Source of the DNA: an uncultured Clostridia bacterium
GTDB lineage: Bacteria > Bacillota > Clostridia > TANB77 > CAG-508
Reading direction: 5' to 3'
NCBI GenBank assembly: GCA_944390505.1
Contig: CALXQF010000001.1
Span: 1 to 33,809 of the forward strand
Length of the DNA stretch: 33,809 nucleotides
The notes under the pieces were generated by a model. It made no database searches, had not been told where the DNA came from, and saw nothing but the letters and a program-made list of their open reading frames with translations. Within the stretch, counting starts at the first letter, position 1; every line of letters begins with the position of its first letter. Below, one piece after another: positions 19,086-27,072 of this stretch. The position numbers and the translations under genes are program-made.

Positions 19086-19767
19086 TTATATCTTTTTATC
19101 TCCCTCTTCTCCCCTTTCGGGCATTGGAGCCTCTTGTTGTTCTTCATTTAATTGTTTTTCACTTTTCTGCTGTTTTTCTGTTTCTTGTTGAACTTCCTCT
19201 ACTTTTTGTTCTTCTATAATTTCATCAATCACAATTTGTTGATTTTCATCTAGTTTATATCTAGGTAAATCTGGCAATTCATTTAAATTGCCTAAACCAA
19301 AAATTCTCAAAAACTCGGATGTCACTCCATAAGTTCCTGGTTTTCCTGGTGCATCTAGCTTTCCTGTTTCTTCTATCAAATGATAATCTAACAATTTATA
19401 TATAGTTCCGTCTGAATTCACTCCGGCGAATTGCTTCAATTTCTGCCCTTGTAATTCTTGGGTTATAGGCAATAATGGCTAAAGTTTCCAATGCTGCTTG
19501 AGATAAATTAGGTTTATTTCTTTTATCTAATATAGCATACATATATTCATAATATTCTTCTTTACTACATAATTGATAAGCGTCTCCAATATTAATAATT
19601 TGAAGACCTCTATCTGCATTTCGATAATCTACTTTCATGCTATCTATAATTGTGATAATTTCATCTGATGCCACTTCTAGTGCAGACATTAATTCACTAA
19701 TTTTTACTTCTCTTCCTGCTGCGAAAAGAATTGCCTCAATAATTCCCTTTTTTTGGTTAATTTCCAT
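19086..19767 (-). pseudogene. scpB: Segregation and condensation protein B (ScpB), reading frame broken by one extra nucleotide
   Basis: ORF 19396-19767 encodes the ScpB N-terminal half up to ITRAEIEAIR. ORF 19086-19472, in the +1 frame, continues GVNSDGTIYKLLDYHLIEETGKLDAPGKPGTYGVTSEFL. The conserved EIExIRGV motif is restored by deleting one C in CGCCGGAG (rc of about 19423-19428). Confidence 0.8.
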
Positions 19768-19945
19768 TTTATCTCATTCCTTTACCACTCTATTATCCCA
19801 CGCATTTGGCTCTATGTCAAGAAATATTGACATTGTTTTTTTGTTATGGTAAGATAATTTTAGTTTGAAAATGAAAACAATAATTACTTTATTGGTATCA
19901 CCTTTATAAAAAACTCAAATCTGCTATAAAAAAGGAGAAGATAAT

Positions 19946-20281
19946 ATGGAAATATTCCAAAATATTGAGTATGAAGATTTAGAAGATAAAGCTTATGATG
20001 AAAAAACAGAACAAATAATTCATGCGGAAAATTCTGAAGAAAATGATCCAAGCAATGATGAATCTAATTCAAAAGAAGAACCAAAAAAAATAGAAGTAAT
20101 AAATGGAAATGGTGATTTAAACATTTCCCCTGTTTCTGATTATTTGGAAGTAGAAAAGCCAAAGCCTAAAGACAATAGAACCATTATTATTCCTGAAGTA
20201 AAAGATAATGTGACAGAGTCAGAGGAAAGTAAAAAAGAGGACGAAAAAATACAAAAAAATTCTAAAGATTCTGAAAATTAG
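19946..20281 (+). CDS. Acidic low-complexity protein of 111 aa, hypothetical
   Basis: Strong RBS AAGGAGAAG and a terminator directly downstream. The protein is E/D/K/N-rich with no recognisable domain. Confidence 0.5.
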   Translation: MEIFQNIEYEDLEDKAYDEKTEQIIHAENSEENDPSNDESNSKEEPKKIEVINGNGDLNISPVSDYLEVEKPKPKDNRTIIIPEVKDNVTESEESKKEDEKIQKNSKDSEN

Positions 20282-20311
20282 TTTTTTAATTTTTTATACT
20301 TGCAATACGCA

Positions 20312-20358
20312 AAATAGCCAAAGGCTTACTTTATCAAAAACCTTTGGCTATTTTTATT
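20312..20358. terminator. Bidirectional terminator between the convergent genes
   Basis: AAATAGCCAAAGG (20312-20324) pairs with CCTTTGGCTATTT (20341-20353), followed by a T-run. Confidence 0.7.
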
Positions 20359-20371
20359 TTCACTATTTTAC

Positions 20372-21070
20372 TTATATCGCTTCTTTGTTTTCTTGTGATT
20401 CACTATTTGCCTCTTCATTACCTTCTTGGTTGGCAATTTCTAAGCTAGATACAGAAACTTCATATGCTACTTTCTTTTCTACTGTTCCATCTTCATATTT
20501 TTTCTCATACTCTCTTGATTGTACTCTACCAATAATTCTTACTTCTGTACCAACTGGAACATTTTCGCAAAATCTAGCATTTCTTCCCCATGCAATACAT
20601 GGAATATAGTCTGATTTATTATATGCTCTATTAACTGCTAATAAGATGTCTGAAATTTCTCTTCCAAATGGAGTTTTACGATAAATTGGTTTTTTACAAA
20701 TAAATCCGTCTAAAACTACTTCATTGGAAACTTGATCTTTTCTAATTTCAATTTCTTCTTCTTGATTTTCTAAAAATTGAACATCTTTTGCAAAAACAGT
20801 TAATATTAATTTGTTTTTTTCTTGGTCATAACTGTTATATGATCTAAATTGTCCATCAATTTCAATTTTATTTCCTATTGTAATGTCTTGGTTTGTTAAT
20901 AATCTTTCTGAAATAGTTACTGGAATAATATCTGCATTTCCGCTTAAACGTGGTACGCTTAAATCAAATATGTAGAATTTTTCTCCATAGATTTCATGGC
21001 TAAATCTTTTTTCGCTTGTTACCTTTCCAACCAATACTAAATGGTTATTATCATCATAATTTGTATTCAA
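20372..21070 (-). CDS. SSB-like protein with two tandem OB-fold domains and an acidic tail
   Basis: The two internal halves align with each other (NHLVLVGKV...IPV...IEIDGQFRS versus NEVVLDGFI...IPC...VRIIGRVQS), and the C-terminus is acidic. The TTG start at 21070 has GGGAGG 8 nt upstream. The ATG at 21115 has no RBS. Confidence 0.6.
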   Translation of the reverse strand: MNTNYDDNNHLVLVGKVTSEKRFSHEIYGEKFYIFDLSVPRLSGNADIIPVTISERLLTNQDITIGNKIEIDGQFRSYNSYDQEKNKLILTVFAKDVQFLENQEEEIEIRKDQVSNEVVLDGFICKKPIYRKTPFGREISDILLAVNRAYNKSDYIPCIAWGRNARFCENVPVGTEVRIIGRVQSREYEKKYEDGTVEKKVAYEVSVSSLEIANQEGNEEANSESQENKEAI

Positions 21071-21288
21071 TTTGTTTTCCTCCCTACCTTTGTTTCTTAT
21101 TTTTAGTTTATTCATAGTATGTATGTTTTAGACTATAACTAGTCACAATTTATATTATACTATGTTTTTTTGGTTTTGTCTACATAAAATGTTAAATTTT
21201 TCATTTATTTTACAATTATTATATCGGTCTTTTCAAAATTTATTCACTTTATTTTTATTTTTCACTGCTTCTCAATTATCTTTATTTT

Positions 21289-22086
21289 CTATTGGATGAT
21301 ATTTTCTTGCAATTTTTGTACTCCATTACGGTCAATTGTATAGTTTTCTTGATAAATTAAATCTGAAACTGTTACAATTTCATAGCCACTTTGCTGAATA
21401 TTTTTGATTATCATATCTAAACTATCAGCTGTATGTTCTGTTCCATTATGCATTAATATAATAGAACCATTGCTTAATTTTCCATTTAATCGGTTCCACA
21501 TTTCTTCTCCTGTTAATCCAGTATAATCTAGGGTATCCAGATTCCATTGTATTGGTATATGGCTGCTTTCTTTTGCAGCTTGAATAACGGTATTATTATA
21601 TTCTCCATATGGTGCACGATATAATATTGTTTTTTGACCAGTTAATTTTTCTATTTTGTCAGAACAACTTTGAATTTCTTGCTTATTTTCCTCTTTACTT
21701 AAATTATTAACATGAGGATGACTATCAGAATGGTTTGCAATTTCATGTCCCGCCTCTGCTATTTTCTTTACTGCCTCTGGAAATTTATCAGCCCAATCTC
21801 CTACAATAAAAAATGTCAATTTTATTTTGTTTTCTTCCAGTATCTTTAGAATATTATCTATGTCATCTGCATTCCAAGCGCAATTCAAAGTCAAAGCAAC
21901 CTTTTTTTCTTTTGTTTGTACTTGATAAATTGGTACTTCTTTTATTGAACCTGATGTAAGCACTGTATCATAATTTCGATTTGTTACAGCAAAAGCCAGC
22001 ATAAATAGTATAACAACTGTTCCAAAGGCAACACAATAAGAATATATTTTTTGTTTATTAAATACAATGAACATTCTTGTTTTCAT
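21289..22086 (-). CDS. Polysaccharide deacetylase (NodB homology domain), PdaB-like, membrane-anchored
   Basis: N-terminal TM helix, then NodB motifs: LTLNCAWNADD (a variant of the TFDD-type motif 1), HEIANHSDSHP, LYRAPYG and IILMHN. Confidence 0.75.
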   Translation of the reverse strand: MKTRMFIVFNKQKIYSYCVAFGTVVILFMLAFAVTNRNYDTVLTSGSIKEVPIYQVQTKEKKVALTLNCAWNADDIDNILKILEENKIKLTFFIVGDWADKFPEAVKKIAEAGHEIANHSDSHPHVNNLSKEENKQEIQSCSDKIEKLTGQKTILYRAPYGEYNNTVIQAAKESSHIPIQWNLDTLDYTGLTGEEMWNRLNGKLSNGSIILMHNGTEHTADSLDMIIKNIQQSGYEIVTVSDLIYQENYTIDRNGVQKLQENIIQ

Positions 22087-22260
22087 TCCTTCCTTTTTGA
22101 AAATTGTATTATTAATTAATCTTTCAATAGCAACTTATTATATTAGTAAAATTTTCAATCATAACTTACTTTCTGTAATAAACTATTAAAATATATTCTT
22201 GTTTTTAGATATTATTCTTATTTGCCTTATTTTTTATGTAGGACTTTTTTATATAAAATT

Positions 22261-23058
22261 TTAAATAAATTCTGTTTCTTCTTGTACTTGATGAATAATT
22301 ATATCTTGCTGTAAAAGTTGACCTGCTACTTGATGAAATTTTTCTTCTGTTTCTGTTAGATAAATTTTTATTTTTCCACTATGCCCATCTGCTAATTGCT
22401 CACTCATTTGTAGAATGTTTTGTGTTTGTACTGCTACGTGTTCTCCTGCATTAATTAGTTCTACTTTTTTTCCTAATTGTTTCTGTATAACTGTGGCTAG
22501 CAGTGGATAATGGGTGCACCCTAAAATAAGAGCATCCATTTTTTCAAAATTTTTTAAATATTCTTTTACCACTAATTTAGCAATTTTATTATCTGTCCAT
22601 CCTTCTTCTACCATTGGTGCCAATAATGGACAAGCTATACTTTGTATTTGTGCTTCTGGTATTTGTTGTAAAATTGCATTTTCCCAGCCTCTACTTCGTA
22701 TTGTTCCAGTCGTTGCAATAACTCCTATTTTTGTTTTTTGTTTGGTTTGAATATATTGTACAGTTGGTTCAATGACTCCTAAAATTGGTACCTGATAATT
22801 ATTTTGTACTTCTTTCAATGCTTGACTAGTTGCCGTTCCACATGCTATTACAACTAATTTTACATTCTGTTTTAATAAAAAGTCTATTCCATTTTTGGTC
22901 AATTCAATAATCGTCTGTTTTGATTTACTTCCATAAGGAAATCTTTTTGTATCTCCTAAATAAATGAAATTTTCTTCTGGTAACTTTTCCTTCATTGCTT
23001 TTAATACGGTCATTCCTCCTACACCAGAATCAAATATTCCAATTGGTCTATTATCCAT
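22261..23058 (-). CDS. murI: Glutamate racemase MurI
   Basis: IGIFDSGVGGMTVL, VIACGTATS and LGCTHYPLL, including both catalytic Cys motifs. Confidence 0.92.
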   Translation of the reverse strand: MDNRPIGIFDSGVGGMTVLKAMKEKLPEENFIYLGDTKRFPYGSKSKQTIIELTKNGIDFLLKQNVKLVVIACGTATSQALKEVQNNYQVPILGVIEPTVQYIQTKQKTKIGVIATTGTIRSRGWENAILQQIPEAQIQSIACPLLAPMVEEGWTDNKIAKLVVKEYLKNFEKMDALILGCTHYPLLATVIQKQLGKKVELINAGEHVAVQTQNILQMSEQLADGHSGKIKIYLTETEEKFHQVAGQLLQQDIIIHQVQEETEFI

Positions 23059-23228
23059 TTTCTCATTCCTTTACTTTATTAATTTAAAAAGCTTATTATG
23101 ATAAATATTGCAACTTTTTTCATTGTTATTATAACATATCCCATTTTAATCACAGATGATATATATTTATTCTTGGCTATTATACTATATTTCTTTTTTC
23201 TTTCCTATATGTTGTTTCTTTTTTTATC

Positions 23229-23256
23229 ACATTTTGTCGAAAATTATCATAGTATA
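23229..23256 (+). promoter_or_regulatory. Possible mother-cell (sigma-K-like) promoter upstream of the Cys-rich protein gene
   Basis: AC (23229-23230), 17 nt, then CATAgtaTA (23248-23256) fits AC-N17-CATANNNTA and lies about 30 nt upstream of ATG 23287. This is a pattern match only. Confidence 0.25.
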
Positions 23257-23286
23257 TATAAAACAAAGAAAGGAAGGAAGATATTT

Positions 23287-23823
23287 ATGGAATACGAAAA
23301 ATGTGTATGCCCAGTTTTAAATGTAAATGGGGTAATGGCAACTGGAAGACAATATGATTTAGACATTACTTTACCAGAGGATAATCGTGCTGTTATTTAT
23401 GGCATTATTAAAGATTGTTATAAAGATCCAGTTTGTGACGCAGTAGTAAAATTAGTAGAAGTTTCATGCGAATGTGGCAAAGAAGAAAGAAAACCAGTTT
23501 CTCATACTTTCACAGATAAGAATGGCGAATTTGTTTTTGGACCTTTATGTGCTAACCGTTTATATGAAATTGAAATTTGGGTTGACCAAGTAAAACATTG
23601 TAAAGTTTGCACATCTACTAAGCATGAAGGAAAATGCTTAAAAGGTGTTGACATTGACTGTGACAAACATTGCGATAAAGAATGTGATAAGCATTGCGAT
23701 AAGCCTTGCGATAAAGAATGTGATAAGCATTGCGATAAGCCTTGTGAAAAAGAATGTGACAAACATTGTGACAAACCATATGACAAAGAATGTGATAAAC
23801 CATGCGATAGACCTTGTAGATAA
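23287..23823 (+). CDS. Cys-rich protein: carboxypeptidase-regulatory-like beta-sandwich domain plus 13 CDKx tetrapeptide repeats. Possible spore coat/exosporium or metal-binding protein
   Basis: The start MEYEKCVCP has an AAAGGAAGGAAG RBS. The track ORF from 23098 is an unsupported hydrophobic extension. The motifs IYGIIKD...VVKLVEV...FTDKNGEFVFGPL...YEIEIW fit a CarboxypepD_reg-like fold. The C-terminus reads CDKHCDKECDKHCDKPCDKECDKHCDKPCEKECDKHCDKPYDKECDKPCDRPCR. Confidence 0.7.
   Translation: MEYEKCVCPVLNVNGVMATGRQYDLDITLPEDNRAVIYGIIKDCYKDPVCDAVVKLVEVSCECGKEERKPVSHTFTDKNGEFVFGPLCANRLYEIEIWVDQVKHCKVCTSTKHEGKCLKGVDIDCDKHCDKECDKHCDKPCDKECDKHCDKPCEKECDKHCDKPYDKECDKPCDRPCR
23659..23820 (+). 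repeat. In-frame 12-nt (CDKx) tandem repeat with a 36-nt higher-order unit
   Basis: The 36-nt unit tgcgataaagaatgtgataagcattgcgataagcct is perfectly duplicated at 23671-23706 and 23707-23742. Diverged copies flank it. Confidence 0.9.
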
Positions 23824-23854
23824 TAAATCATACTAGTTTTTTGCTATTAAAAAT

Positions 23855-23880
23855 AGCGAGTTTTAAAACTCGCTGTTTTT
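23855..23880. terminator. Bidirectional terminator
   Basis: Perfect palindrome AGCGAGTTTT/AAAACTCGCT (23855-23874), then GTTTTT, with an A-run on the other side. Confidence 0.75.
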
Positions 23881-23896
23881 GATCTATTTTTTCTTA

Positions 23897-24100
23897 TTAC
23901 ATAATTCCCATTCTTTTAGCAAATTGTTTACCTTTTTTCATCATTTTCTTTTTGCCTTGTCCCATTGTCTCTGCGTATATCATGGCTACTCCTGCTGTTA
24001 CAATTCCTCCTATTAGCATACCTTTCATAAATTTCAATTTTCTTTCCTCCTTTCTACTATCAATCGAAAGTTTTGCTTTTTCTTCTATTGGTTTTGTCAT
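23897..24100 (-). CDS. Small YtxH-like membrane protein (67 aa)
   Basis: MTKPIEEK... has an AAAGG RBS. The segment FMKGMLIGGIVTAGVAMIYA resembles a YtxH-type glycine-zipper TM helix. Confidence 0.4.
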   Translation of the reverse strand: MTKPIEEKAKLSIDSRKEERKLKFMKGMLIGGIVTAGVAMIYAETMGQGKKKMMKKGKQFAKRMGIM

Positions 24101-24132
24101 CCTTGAACCTTTTTCGATTGAATACAATATTT

Positions 24133-24533
24133 TTATTTATTGTTATTATGTCTTATTTTTGCTTTTATATACATCTTATACCAAGAATATATTTCATATA
24201 TTGCAATAATTAATAAAAATACCCCAAACAATTTTCGCAGAACTTCTACATTCATCGTACTTCCTATCATAGCACTAATTGTTGCTCCAACCATTCCTGA
24301 AAGTATAATTGGTAAAGCTTCTTTCCAAAGAATGTTTCTATTTCTAATACCTATGATAATTGCAGCAATTGCTGTTGGAATAAAAAATAATAGATTAGTA
24401 GCTTGTGCCACATGTTGATCAAAATGAAGAATAAGAGAAAGGAGGAGAATCAATATGGTTCCTCCTCCCATTCCCATTCCGACTAATTATTCCAGAAATA
24501 AAACCTATTAGTATCTCAATCATTTTTCGCCCT
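24133..24533 (-). pseudogene. Half-size TauE/SafE family permease, reading frame broken by one extra nucleotide after codon 14
   Basis: ATG 24533 (RBS GAAGGG) gives MIEILIGFISGIIS and then runs out of frame (RNGNGRRNH...stop). The +1 frame continues GMGMGGGTILILLLS... to the stop at 24133. Joined, they give the TauE signature GFISGIISGMGMGGGTILI. The extra base is the C in AGTCGGAATG (rc of about 24479-24488). Confidence 0.7.
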
Positions 24534-24613
24534 TCTTGTTAATTAGTATAATACCAGTACGTGTATCAATTTACTAATTTATACCATCTATTAAAGTAAT
24601 CTATCTATAAAAA

Positions 24614-24982
24614 TCATAGCAACATGTTAATCCCTGCATAAATTAAGAAAATAGTAAAAGCAATTTTTAAATACTTTTCGGGTACTTTGTTTAAAAATTT
24701 AGCACCTACTATGCCTCCTATAATGCCACCAATTGCACATAATATTCCAATTTTCCAATCTATTAGATGATTTTTACCATAAAAAATTGAAGTAATAATT
24801 ACCATTGGTAAAATACAAAATAATGAAGTAGCTCTTGCTTGTTTTGGCTCTAATTTTAATGCATATAGAAAAGCTGGTACTAAAATAAGCCCTCCTCCTG
24901 CAGTAAATAATCCACTAATCATTCCTGCTATTAATCCTATCACTATTTTTTTCCATAATTTTTTTTCTGTTCTTTTCATCAA
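24614..24982 (-). CDS. Half-size TauE/SafE family permease (4 TM)
   Basis: IGLIAGMISGLFTAGGGLILVP is the TauE signature. 122 aa, about half the usual length, and paired with the downstream half-size paralog. Confidence 0.75.
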   Translation of the reverse strand: MMKRTEKKLWKKIVIGLIAGMISGLFTAGGGLILVPAFLYALKLEPKQARATSLFCILPMVIITSIFYGKNHLIDWKIGILCAIGGIIGGIVGAKFLNKVPEKYLKIAFTIFLIYAGINMLL

Positions 24983-25009
24983 TAGTTATTATGTTCTTTT
25001 TTTTACTAA

Positions 25010-25237
25010 CTATGCATCTTCTTCTCTATATTTCTGAATTTCTTTTTCCGCTAACTCTGTTAAAATCAAATCACACTTTAACATTTGTGCAATAATATTG
25101 TTTCGTAATTCCTCTTCTTTGATGCTATCAACTGCATCTAAAAATTTTTGTAATTGAATTAAATATCTTTTGTTCTTTTCCTTCCAATCTCTATTATTAG
25201 GTGTATTTTCTTTTGTATGTTTGCTTCTTATCTTCAT
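25010..25237 (-). CDS. Small basic helical protein, hypothetical
   Basis: The start MKIRSKH (ATG 25237) has an AAGAGGTG RBS. It is divergent from the XRE gene. No recognisable motif. Confidence 0.4.
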   Translation of the reverse strand: MKIRSKHTKENTPNNRDWKEKNKRYLIQLQKFLDAVDSIKEEELRNNIIAQMLKCDLILTELAEKEIQKYREEDA

Positions 25238-25406
25238 TCTACACACCTCTTTCTGATTTCCGTTACTTTTATACGATTTTAAATTACTTTTATCGTTATG
25301 TTCGAGTTATGATATGTAATTTTAATACATCTCGTGGTAAAATACAAGTATAATGTAAAAAACGACAAAATTCGTCAAAAAATTCATGATAGAAAGGTTG
25401 AATTGA

Positions 25407-25622
25407 ATGATTAAAATAAAATTATCTGATTTGCTCGGCAAACATAAGATGACTCAAAAAGCGTTAGCAGAGCTTACCCATATTAGACCTGCCACTATTT
25501 CTAAGATGTACTATGAAGAAACAAAAAGAGTCGATATTCAGCAGTTAAATAATATTTGTCAAGCATTTAATTGCGAGATTTCTGATTTGTTAGAATATAT
25601 TCCAGATTCTCATTCTAAATAA
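25407..25622 (+). CDS. XRE-family helix-turn-helix transcriptional regulator (YozG/COG3655-like, 71 aa)
   Basis: The HTH core is MTQKALAELTHIRPATISKMY, followed by the typical LNNICQAFNCEISDLLEY tail. Confidence 0.8.
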   Translation: MIKIKLSDLLGKHKMTQKALAELTHIRPATISKMYYEETKRVDIQQLNNICQAFNCEISDLLEYIPDSHSK

Positions 25623-25667
25623 CTTTATTATCAATATTAACTAATAAGTTTATTAATATTATATCAA

Positions 25668-25697
25668 AAAGCACTCTCTATTGCTAGTGCTTTTATT
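25668..25697. terminator. Terminator between the convergent XRE gene and the cysteine desulfurase gene
   Basis: AAAGCACT-ctctattgct-AGTGCTTT followed by a T-rich run. Confidence 0.55.
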
Positions 25698-25741
25698 ATT
25701 TTTTCTTTGATTTTAATGTTAATTTACCCTTCTTATTGTTG

Positions 25742-26866
25742 TTAAATCATTTTTCTTAAACATGTTATTAAGTAATCAACATCATCTTTTGTGTTATCTT
25801 TACCAAATGTGATACGTAAAGTTCCTGTTGCCATATCATTTGAAAGACCTATTGCAGTTAACACATGTGAAGGCTCTGGATTCCCTGTACTGCATGCTGA
25901 GCCAGCAGAAGCACAAATTCCTTTTGCATCTAAATCTAATAATAGTTTTTGTGCATTACAATTTGGAAATGAAAAATTAGCATTTCCCGGCAAACGTTTT
26001 TCTCTATCTCCATTTAATTTTGTGTTTGCTATGTTTCTTTCTATTTCATTAATATAATAATCTCGTAATTTCTTTAAATGACTATTATATTCTTCAAATC
26101 TTTTATAAATTTCTTCTATTGCTTTTCCTAATCCAACAATTTCTGCTACATTTTCTGTGCCAGCTCTCTTATCATTCTCTTGATGTCCTCCATCTTGAAT
26201 CTTAGTAAAGTCCACTCCCTCTTTTATATATAAGGCTCCTACACCTTTAGGTGCATAAAATTTGTGCCCTGACATAGATAAAGCATCTATTTCTAATTGC
26301 TTCACATCGATTCTCAAATTACCAATGGCCTGCACGGCATCTGTATGAAATAAAATATGATTTTGATGTGCGATTTTACTAATCATTTCTATTGGTTGTA
26401 TTGTACCAATTTCATTATTAGCAAACATAATAGAAATTAGGATAGTAGATGGAGAAATAGAATTACTTAATTGTTCTAAATCTATCACTCCATTTTTATC
26501 TACATTTAAGTACGTAACTTGAAATCCTTCTTTTTCTAAATGCCTACATGTATTTAATACTGCCGGATGTTCTATTTTACTGGTGATAATGTGGTTTCCT
26601 TTTTGCTTATTAGCATATGCTATGCCCTTAATTGCCAAATTGTCACTTTCACTTCCACAAGAAGTAAAATAGATTTCTTTTGCTTTTGCTCCTATAGCAT
26701 CTGCAACTCTTTTTCTAGCATGTTCTATTGCTCTTTTTGCTTGTCTTCCTAAGCTATACATGGAAGAAGCATTTCCATATTGTAATTCAAAATATGGTAA
26801 CATCTCTTGCAACACTTCGGTACTTACAGGTGTTGTAGCTGCATGATCAAAATAACAAATTTTCAT
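25742..26866 (-). CDS. nifS: Cysteine desulfurase, NifS-type (class V aminotransferase fold)
   Basis: Contains the PLP-lysine motif SMSGHKFYAPKGVGALY, the catalytic loop SAGSACSTG and HVLTAIG. RBS AAGGAG. No nifU/iscU gene is adjacent. Confidence 0.85.
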   Translation of the reverse strand: MKICYFDHAATTPVSTEVLQEMLPYFELQYGNASSMYSLGRQAKRAIEHARKRVADAIGAKAKEIYFTSCGSESDNLAIKGIAYANKQKGNHIITSKIEHPAVLNTCRHLEKEGFQVTYLNVDKNGVIDLEQLSNSISPSTILISIMFANNEIGTIQPIEMISKIAHQNHILFHTDAVQAIGNLRIDVKQLEIDALSMSGHKFYAPKGVGALYIKEGVDFTKIQDGGHQENDKRAGTENVAEIVGLGKAIEEIYKRFEEYNSHLKKLRDYYINEIERNIANTKLNGDREKRLPGNANFSFPNCNAQKLLLDLDAKGICASAGSACSTGNPEPSHVLTAIGLSNDMATGTLRITFGKDNTKDDVDYLITCLRKMI

Positions 26867-27072
26867 TTTCTTACTCCTTAATTCATTTCTTTATATTAGT
26901 CTATTGTTACTTATATTATATGTCATATATTTTGCTTTCTTTCCAATACTATTATGCTTTATCATTATTTTATTTATTCTTAAAAAATGAAATGCGGAAA
27001 AAAAACTGCTAACAAAATATTGTTTATTTTATTAGCAATTTTTATATTTTTCTATCGAATAAATTTTAGAAT

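Noticed and set aside
23098-23286. 63-codon hydrophobic N-terminal extension of the Cys-rich protein ORF.
   Set aside because: It has no RBS at 23098, it overlaps the murI promoter-proximal region, and the internal ATG 23287 has a strong RBS. The extension is typical AT-rich read-through.
23502-23836. Three extra ORFs (109, 61 and 63 aa) over the CDKx repeat. The periodic repeat was also considered as a possible CRISPR array.
   Set aside because: These are alternative frames of a 12-nt tandem repeat, so they stay open by periodicity. The repeat is in frame with an RBS-supported CDS. The units are contiguous with no unique spacers, and no cas genes are present, so it is not a CRISPR array.
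24534-24613. The spacer between the two TauE halves, considered as evidence that a single full-length TauE gene had been broken by a nonsense mutation.
   Set aside because: The upstream half ends in a normal stop after a complete 4-TM unit, the spacer has stops in all frames, and the downstream half has its own RBS and start. Two separate half-size genes is the simpler reading. Only the one-nucleotide break after codon 14 is anomalous.
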